51,626 bases of DNA. Origin: Candidatus Epulonipiscium fishelsonii (GTDB lineage: Bacteria > Bacillota > Clostridia > Lachnospirales > Cellulosilyticaceae). The stretch is taken from contig LJHD01000038.1 in NCBI GenBank assembly GCA_001983475.1, forward strand, positions 1-51,626, given 5' to 3'. The first letter of the stretch is position 1; every line of letters starts with the position of its first letter. Positions 45,257 through 51,626 of this stretch are shown one piece after another. Below the pieces are notes generated by a model that searched no databases, was not told the origin of the DNA, and saw nothing but the letters and a program-made list of their open reading frames with translations. The position numbers and the translations under genes were made by a program.

Positions 45257-46213
45257 ATGAGAAAAAAAATTGCATCAATTACTATGGCAATGGCGATGTT
45301 ATTTCCAGCAACAATTTATGGTGATGTTTATGGAGAAGTAAATGTTAATACTTTAAATGCTAGAGAAAGTATCTCTGTAAATAGCAAAATTATAGCTCAA
45401 CTAGATAAATATGACAAAGTTGAAATACTTGAGCAAATTGGAGAATGGGTTAAAATACGAGTAAATAATGACGAAGCTTATGTTAAAAGTAATTTCTTAA
45501 ATGTAACCAATGTCATCGCAGAAGTTATAAGTAATGGGGTGCGATTAAGAAACTATCCAGATGAAAACAATTCTTTAATTTTATTAGAATTACATAAAGG
45601 TGCAGATGTAGTAATTGAGTATAAAGTAAATGATTGGTATAAAGTTAGATATAATAATACAGAAGGATTTATTCAAGAAAATTACATAACAGCACCAAAT
45701 TTAAGAGATGTGGATTCACAAAGTATTGGATATGTGAATGCAGTAGAAAGTTCTATAAACAACGTTGTATACAGTCCACAAGCAAGAACCTTTGCAAGCC
45801 CAAAAACGGTAGAATTAAAAACATCAGAATTTAAAACTTCCAATACTTATCTAGGGCAACAAATAGTTAATACCGCTTTAAGTTATAGAGGGATAACTCC
45901 TTACAAATATGGGGGAACCAGTTTAAAATATGGAGCAGATTGTTCAGGTTTCGTTCAACAAATTTATAAAATGCATGGAATTAATTTATCAAGAAATTCT
46001 GCTGCACAATATGCAAATAACGGGTATAACGTCAGTCAATCAAATATGATGCCAGGAGATTTAATTTTTTATGGAAATGGATCTGTTTCACATGTGGCAA
46101 TTTATATGGGCGGTGGTCAAGTAGTCCATTGTAGTGATTATGGAACCGATGTCATAGTTGGGTCTGCATATAATATGGGTAAACCAATTATAGGAGTTAA
46201 AAGAGTAATCTAA
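45257..46213 (+). CDS. Secreted NlpC/P60 cell-wall hydrolase with two SH3b domains
   Basis: Signal peptide MRKKIASITMAMAMLFPATIYG. Two SH3_3-like segments (GEWVKIRVNNDEAYVKSNFL; NDWYKVRYNNTEGFIQENYI). Catalytic DCSGFV and SHVAIYMG. Start moved to 45257. Confidence 0.85.
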   Translation: MRKKIASITMAMAMLFPATIYGDVYGEVNVNTLNARESISVNSKIIAQLDKYDKVEILEQIGEWVKIRVNNDEAYVKSNFLNVTNVIAEVISNGVRLRNYPDENNSLILLELHKGADVVIEYKVNDWYKVRYNNTEGFIQENYITAPNLRDVDSQSIGYVNAVESSINNVVYSPQARTFASPKTVELKTSEFKTSNTYLGQQIVNTALSYRGITPYKYGGTSLKYGADCSGFVQQIYKMHGINLSRNSAAQYANNGYNVSQSNMMPGDLIFYGNGSVSHVAIYMGGGQVVHCSDYGTDVIVGSAYNMGKPIIGVKRVI

Positions 46214-46276
46214 TATATTATTTTTCTTATAAAAATTAAAAAATATAAAACCAGGTTGTTAAATATCCTAAAAGCA

Positions 46277-46315
46277 AATAACAGATTTAGTCACGACCTG
46301 ACTAAATCTGTTATT
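46277..46315. repeat. Perfect 17-bp-stem palindrome built from family-H motif (ACTAAATCTGTTATT)
   Basis: AATAACAGATTTAGTCA-CGACC-TGACTAAATCTGTTATT. Single H arms are at 28096-28119 and 32130-32154, and a related arm at 30686-30702. It may also act as a terminator for the P60 gene. Confidence 0.8.
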
Positions 46316-46586
46316 TATACTTGAAATAAACTTGAACTTAAGATACAATTTAATTAACAAAAAAATTAAGCATAAAATTACTTTTATTATTACATAACAT
46401 ACGAAAAGCATTATAAATCTAAAAATACTTGCTTTGTATAAATGAACAAAATTAAAGTATGCAAAATTATTTCGGTTTAATATAATAATTTTATTATTTT
46501 AGTAGCAAGTACTTTAAAAATTTGGTATAATAAAATAGACAGGTATTTTAATAATTATTTGATCATTATTTTAAAGGAGTAAAAAA

Positions 46587-47624
46587 ATGCAAATCGATAG
46601 TAGTTATATGTTAAGGTGTTTCGAAGAACTTATAAAAACACCGAGTCCAGTTGGATATTTTATTCAAATTAATCCAATTGTTAAAAAACTTGCTAAAGAA
46701 TTAGGATTTCAAGTTACATATGATAGAAGACATACTGCTTATATTGAGGTTGAAGGTGAAGATAATTCAAAGACTGTATTGGTAGGTGGCCATCTTGATA
46801 CACTGGGAATGACTGTACGTAGAGTAGAAAAAGATGGGACAATTTTAGTTCGCCAATTAGGTGGATTAAATCATGCAAGTATTGAAGGAGAAACTGTAAC
46901 AATTCATACACGTTGCGGAAAAGAATATACAGGGGTGTATACTTGTAAATCTCATTCTGTCCATGTTTTTGATGATGCAAGAAGCTTGGAAAGAAGTATA
47001 GAAAGTATGATGATACTAATTGATATGCCAGTAAAAACAAAAGAAGATGTGTATAATTTAGGTATCCGTAATGGAGATATAATATCTATTGATCCACATT
47101 TTAGCATTACTCCAAATGGATATATTAAGTCAAGATTTATAGATGACAAAGGAGCAGTAGCTACAATTTTTACATCATTAAAATATCTTGTTGATAATAA
47201 TTTAAAACCAAAATATAGAACTTTGATAGCACTTCCTCACTATGAGGAGATAGGATATGGAGGTTCGTATATTCCAAGTGAAGTGGAGGAATTTTTAGCA
47301 ATAGACATTGGATTAATTGGCCCAGATTATGAGGGAAATGAATTTAGTGTATCTATATGTGCTCAAGATGCAACTGTTTTTTATGATTGGGATTTAACAA
47401 ATAGATTAATTGAATATGCAAAAAAAGCAAACTGTGACTATGTGGTTGATACATATTACAGATATGGAACAGATGCAGGTGCTGCTATTAAAAGTGGGCA
47501 TAATGTTGCTGGAGCAGTTTGTGGAATGGCAGTGTATAATACACATGGAGTTGAACGCACAAACATAAGAGGGTTTGAGAATACAACGAAATTAATAATT
47601 TCTTATTTAAGAGCAGAGTCTTAG
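46587..47624 (+). CDS. M42-family metallo-aminopeptidase (FrvX/endoglucanase-like)
   Basis: GGHLDTLG, FIDDKGAVA and EEIGYGG are metal-ligand motifs typical of M42. Confidence 0.75.
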   Translation: MQIDSSYMLRCFEELIKTPSPVGYFIQINPIVKKLAKELGFQVTYDRRHTAYIEVEGEDNSKTVLVGGHLDTLGMTVRRVEKDGTILVRQLGGLNHASIEGETVTIHTRCGKEYTGVYTCKSHSVHVFDDARSLERSIESMMILIDMPVKTKEDVYNLGIRNGDIISIDPHFSITPNGYIKSRFIDDKGAVATIFTSLKYLVDNNLKPKYRTLIALPHYEEIGYGGSYIPSEVEEFLAIDIGLIGPDYEGNEFSVSICAQDATVFYDWDLTNRLIEYAKKANCDYVVDTYYRYGTDAGAAIKSGHNVAGAVCGMAVYNTHGVERTNIRGFENTTKLIISYLRAES

Positions 47625-47640
47625 GTTTAATATAAATTAT

Positions 47641-47714
47641 AATAGACGTACTTATAAGTTTAAAGGTTTGGGAGCTTTGCTTCCACACCTCTATAATAAA
47701 ATTTAACTACTATT
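47641..47714 (+). repeat. Family-G MITE-like element
   Basis: AATAGACGTACTTATAAGTTTAAAGGTTTGGGAGCTTTGCTTCCACACCTCTATAATAAAATTTAACTACTATT, with a central hairpin GGTTTGGGAG / CTTCCACACC. Confidence 0.7.
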
Positions 47715-47851
47715 ATAATATGTGAAGTTCAATTTATATAAATTTGTATAATAAAATCTATTAAATTTGTATAAAACTAATATTGTAAAAAGAGCATATA
47801 ATAAAATTAGTTAATAATTTTACAATGCTCTTTTTATTTTCAAAAAAATAC

Positions 47852-47880
47852 TTGACAAATTCAACTAAAAAATGTAAAAT
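47852..47880 (+). promoter_or_regulatory. Sigma-A promoter of the 143-aa gene
   Basis: TTGACA-17 nt-TAAAAT, about 43 nt upstream of the ATG. Confidence 0.55.
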
Positions 47881-47922
47881 AGAGCAATTAGATATTGTAT
47901 TAAGAAAAGGGGGGTTAAGCAT

Positions 47923-48354
47923 ATGAATACTGAACTTATTTATCAAGTTATGAAAGAAATACAACAAAATGGCAAAACTTTACCAACATATATTTTAAGC
48001 AGACCATTGCATTGGACATCAAGAGTATACTTAGCAAGTTTATTAAATCAAGAAACTGAGTGCAATAAAATTTATAATATTTTAAAAGATATTTACGAGG
48101 AAAATACTTTTAGATATCATAAAGACATACATGGTGCATATGAAACTTATATTGAAGAGAAAGTTCAATTTTTACTAACTCTTGCTAGTTTGAACATCAA
48201 AGTAACAGGAAAAGTTAAAGGAAGCATTAAATACTTAGATGAAGCATTAACCATGTTGGATGCAGCAGAAAGTGTAAAACCATATATAAATTTAAGAGAA
48301 GTAAAAGAACTTAGGACAACTTACTTAGACATGCAAAAAGCTGCGAATGTATAA
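47923..48354 (+). CDS. Hypothetical protein (143 aa)
   Basis: ORF with RBS AAGGGGGG. No motif recognised. Confidence 0.55.
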   Translation: MNTELIYQVMKEIQQNGKTLPTYILSRPLHWTSRVYLASLLNQETECNKIYNILKDIYEENTFRYHKDIHGAYETYIEEKVQFLLTLASLNIKVTGKVKGSIKYLDEALTMLDAAESVKPYINLREVKELRTTYLDMQKAANV

Positions 48355-48380
48355 ATTGAATTTTAAATATCGATATTTTT

Positions 48381-48418
48381 AGGCATTCATATTGATTTTT
48401 ATATCAGTAAGAATGCCT
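48381..48418. terminator. Hairpin between convergent genes
   Basis: Stem AGGCATTC / GAATGCCT with a long (about 22 nt) loop, T-rich on both sides. Confidence 0.4.
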
Positions 48419-48498
48419 ATTATTATGTGTTTATTAATACTGAAAATAAACATTATTTATTGGTTACGATTGACGCTCCACATGCCAGAATCTGGCCC

Positions 48499-51408
48499 TT
48501 AAGGTTGTGGTACCTGTTCAACAGTGTAGTCTGGGAATACTCCCATCTCTGGAAGATATCCATCTGCAGGGTTGCCCATTCCAGAATCTGGCCCTTCAGG
48601 TTGTGGTACTTGTTCAACAGTATATTCTGGGAATATTCCCATCTCTGGAAGATATCCATCTGCAGGATTACCCATTCCATAGTCTGGCCCTTCATATTGA
48701 GGCACTTCTTCAACAGTATATTCATTTTCTGGAAATATACCCATTTCTGGAAGATATCCATCTGCAGGATTACCCATTCCATAGTCTGGCCCACTAGGTT
48801 GTGGTACTAATTCAAAGTTATATTCAGGTGCTTTATTCATTTGTTCTAATATCATATTTGCAGTCATGGCTAGATCTACAATAAGTGTTGTTGAAGCTAT
48901 TGTACTATCATCATTATTAGTTATTACAAGAGTATAGCTACCTGTTGTTACTAAAGACCCCGCAGGAATATTTATAATAAAGGTACTAGTGTCCATAGTT
49001 ACACTATCAGCAGCAATATTGGACCCATCAGGCTTAGTTATACTTGCTGAATAGTTTCCTGTAGTAACCCAGGTTCCTCCTGTATATGTTAAATTAAGTA
49101 CTATAGCAGCAGAAGTTGTTGTTACAGGGTCAGGACTCTCTAAAGTCGGTGGTGTACTAGGAGTTACACCTGATGTTGCACTTATAGCAAATGTTGTTGA
49201 AGCTGTTGTACTATCAGCAGTATTAGTTATTACAAGAGTATAACTACCTGTTGTTAATAAAGACCCCGCAGGAACATTTATAGTAAAGGTGCTAGTGTCC
49301 ATAGTTACACTATCAGCAGCAATATTGGACCCATCAGGCTTAGTTATGCTTGCCGAATAGTTTCCTGTAGTAACCCAGGTTCCTCCTGTATATGCTACAG
49401 TTATTGATGTTGATGTTGTTGTTACATCTGTAGGAGATGTTAATGTCGGCGGTGTACTTTCATCAGCAGGAGGAGTTACACCTGATGTTGCACTTATAAT
49501 AAATGTTGTTGAAGCTGTTGTACTATCAGCAGCGTTGGTTATTACAAGAGTATAGCTACCTGTTGTTACTAAAGACTCTGCAGGAACATTTATAGTAAAG
49601 GTGCTAGTGTCCATAGTTACACTATCAGCAACAATATTGGACCCATCAGGCTTAGTTATGCTTGCCGAATAGTTTCCTGTAGTAACCCAAGTCCCTCCTA
49701 TATATGCCACAGTTATTGATGTTGATGTTGTTGTTACATCTGTAGGAGATGTTAATGTTGGTGGTGTACTTTCATCAGTAGGAGGAGTTACATCTGTTGT
49801 TGCATTTACAGTAAATGTTGTTGAAACTGTTTTATTCTCAGCAGTATTAGTTATTACAAGAGTATAACTACCTGTTGTTGCTAAAGACCCTTCAGGAACA
49901 TTTATAGTAAAACTTTCTGTTGACATAGTTACACTAATAGTAGCAGCAATACTAGAGCCATCCTTAGTTATGGTTGCTGAATAGTTTCCTGAAGTATCCC
50001 AAGTTCCTCCTGTATATGCCACAGTTATTGATGTTGATGTTGTTGTTACATCTGTAGGAGAAGTTAATGTTGGTGGTGTACTTTCATCTTCATCTGTTCC
50101 ACTATCATTATTGTCGTCATCATCGTCATCATCGTCATCGTCATCATCGTCATCGTCATCATCGTCATCATCGTCGTCATCGTCGTCATTTGTATATTTT
50201 TCAAGCCTATCCCCTTCTAAAACCATTCCACCAACTACAACATCTATACTATTACTACTAACGTAAACTTTATTTGGAATAATAAAAGATATTACATCCT
50301 TTACATTTGACATAAGAGTACTAATCTTTCCTCCACCATTGATTTTAACTTTATCTTCAGCCATAATCCCTATAACTTGAGAAGAAGAGTCTATATTAAT
50401 ACTAGCTGCAGCCAATTCTGATAAATTAGATACATTTTTAATCTTCATCTCCGTAACCACTGCTTGTTCTAATTCCACTTGAGCACTACGATAAATTTCT
50501 ACATTACCAAATGCTCCTTGTAAAATAGATTTAGATTCTGGTTCAATTATAATATCAATTCCTATATTTCCTGTATTTACAATTCTAACAGAACTTATAG
50601 TGTTCATTTTAATTGGATTACGATACTTTCCTCCATTGACTTTAATGGTATCGCCTCCTTCGATAATTACTTCCCCCATAACTTCAACATTATTTAGTGT
50701 TATGTCGCCATTATCAATCCCTTCCGTAATATAAAGATTCCCAGCGATAATCATATTATTTAACACAACATCTTCTGTACTAATTAATAAGCTACCAGGA
50801 ACATTATCTGAATATACTCCCGATTGTGTAATCATTCCCGCTGTAAGTTTGTCTATCATTTGTGCAAATTCAGTTTTTGTAACTTTTTCAGATGGTCCAA
50901 GCTTAATGGCTTTAGCAAGATATCCCCGTGAATACATAGCTTCAATACTTTCTTCTGCCCATCCTGAAATTGCATCTACATCACTATATGGAAGCTTATT
51001 GTTTGAGTCTGATGATATATTGTAGGCTTGAGCTAGTGCATATATCATCTCCTCACGGCTTATTGCTCGGTCTGGCTCAAAAAATTTATCTGGATCATAC
51101 ATTACTTTTGCACTGCTAACTTTAGATATTGCCTTTGCATTGACATTTCCTGCAGTATCTATATATGTTACTGCTTTTGATACATCTTGGTATTCAAAAA
51201 TGTCTACTAAGTAGCTTGCAAATTCTCCTTTTGTTATTAGCTCATTAAGATTTCCACTTACAATTTGCTCGTTTTTCCAAGGATTTGGCCCCCAAGCTTT
51301 AACATCCACCCAGATTGGGGTTGTTATTGGTCCTGCAAAAATATTTGATGCAATTAAACTTGTTGCTACAATCATTGCTAATCTTGAATTTTTTAATTTA
51401 CTAGACAT
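48499..51408 (-). CDS. SLH-domain cell-surface protein with a poly-Asp tract, four Ig-like tandem modules and C-terminal GPDxGMGNPADGYLPEMG repeats
   Basis: Signal peptide MSSKLKNSRLAMIVATSLIASNIFAG (start moved to 51408 behind GGAGG). SLH-like YSDVDAISGWAEESIEAMYSRGYL...KVTKTEFAQMI. D-run at 50113-50187. About 98-aa modules ESTPPTLTSPTDVTTTSTSITVAYTGGTW... occur four times. The C-terminal roughly 33-aa repeat occurs about four times. Confidence 0.85.
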   Translation of the reverse strand: MSSKLKNSRLAMIVATSLIASNIFAGPITTPIWVDVKAWGPNPWKNEQIVSGNLNELITKGEFASYLVDIFEYQDVSKAVTYIDTAGNVNAKAISKVSSAKVMYDPDKFFEPDRAISREEMIYALAQAYNISSDSNNKLPYSDVDAISGWAEESIEAMYSRGYLAKAIKLGPSEKVTKTEFAQMIDKLTAGMITQSGVYSDNVPGSLLISTEDVVLNNMIIAGNLYITEGIDNGDITLNNVEVMGEVIIEGGDTIKVNGGKYRNPIKMNTISSVRIVNTGNIGIDIIIEPESKSILQGAFGNVEIYRSAQVELEQAVVTEMKIKNVSNLSELAAASINIDSSSQVIGIMAEDKVKINGGGKISTLMSNVKDVISFIIPNKVYVSSNSIDVVVGGMVLEGDRLEKYTNDDDDDDDDDDDDDDDDDDDDDDDDDNNDSGTDEDESTPPTLTSPTDVTTTSTSITVAYTGGTWDTSGNYSATITKDGSSIAATISVTMSTESFTINVPEGSLATTGSYTLVITNTAENKTVSTTFTVNATTDVTPPTDESTPPTLTSPTDVTTTSTSITVAYIGGTWVTTGNYSASITKPDGSNIVADSVTMDTSTFTINVPAESLVTTGSYTLVITNAADSTTASTTFIISATSGVTPPADESTPPTLTSPTDVTTTSTSITVAYTGGTWVTTGNYSASITKPDGSNIAADSVTMDTSTFTINVPAGSLLTTGSYTLVITNTADSTTASTTFAISATSGVTPSTPPTLESPDPVTTTSAAIVLNLTYTGGTWVTTGNYSASITKPDGSNIAADSVTMDTSTFIINIPAGSLVTTGSYTLVITNNDDSTIASTTLIVDLAMTANMILEQMNKAPEYNFELVPQPSGPDYGMGNPADGYLPEMGIFPENEYTVEEVPQYEGPDYGMGNPADGYLPEMGIFPEYTVEQVPQPEGPDSGMGNPADGYLPEMGVFPDYTVEQVPQP
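48880..50095 (-). repeat. Four roughly 295-bp in-frame tandem repeats (Ig-like modules)
   Basis: Long near-identical DNA blocks, for example CCTGTAGTAACCCAGGTTCCTCCTGTATATG, recur about every 295 bp. Confidence 0.8.
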
Positions 51409-51626
51409 ATAATCCTCCATTTATGTACTTTTTGTAAAGGCCTGTATTATTAGGCTCTATTACATAATATTTTGACAGCTTGTATAATTATTACTGGTTT
51501 CACTTAAAAAAAAGTTTGCAACATATATTCTCATTTCAAATGAGAGAAAAGACCAAAGTTTTTTTCTATTATCATGAATAACCAGTTATGCTAGGTAAAT
51601 ATTTTTTTGTAAGACGGACTTATAAG

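Noticed and set aside
47676-47712. preQ1-I riboswitch-like string CACACCTCTATAATAAAATTTAACTAC (compare B. subtilis ...ACACCCUCUAUAAAAAACUAA)
   Set aside because: The required 5' P1 strand (AGAGG) is missing. The segment is the 3' part of a multi-copy family-G repeat whose other copies lack the CCTCTATAA core. It is also not in the leader of a queuosine gene.
48880-50095. Diversity-generating retroelement target in the variable Ig-like repeats
   Set aside because: There is no reverse transcriptase or template repeat in the window. The differences between modules are not adenine-specific.

Overview
This is an AT-rich chromosomal segment from an endospore-forming Firmicute, probably Clostridia-like, since spo0A and spoIVB sit side by side. 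Most genes are on the minus strand.

Ordinary content:
- A sugar-type cluster (triosephosphate isomerase (TIM)-family gene, LacI regulator, LarA-like racemase).
- Two half-transporter ABC exporters, one of them frameshifted, and an ABC-2 type operon.
- Housekeeping genes ilvA, proC, a YfcE-like phosphodiesterase, uvrB, queA, a motA-like gene, an NlpC/P60 hydrolase, an M42 peptidase and one tRNA-Gly(UCC).
- Two paralogous TDT/TehA-type transporters.

Unusual content:
1. uvrB is split by a roughly 450-nt ORF-less insertion. It carries group I intron core elements, and removing it restores the conserved UvrB junction.
2. Two tandem giant paralogous secreted proteins (1542 aa and about 2000 aa) are built from repeated helical W-x-T...F-x-x-A-I modules and end in extreme Glu/Arg low-complexity tails. 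Both have TAAA-N17-CGATAT (sigma-D/FliA-like) upstream motifs. The second carries an in-frame TAA, after which the paralog's conserved C-terminal motif continues.
3. A roughly 3-kb almost gene-free island lies next to tRNA-Gly. It holds decayed TnpB-like remnants, four 16-nt direct repeats and an 8.5-copy 38-bp tandem array.
4. Several families of short interspersed, MITE-like intergenic repeats and an over-represented 11-mer (TTAACTTAACA) occur in 5' leaders.
5. An SLH-anchored surface protein has a 25-codon poly-Asp tract.

I saw no CRISPR array, rRNA or intact transposase. All family assignments come from motif recognition by eye. RNA, promoter and repeat boundaries are approximate.
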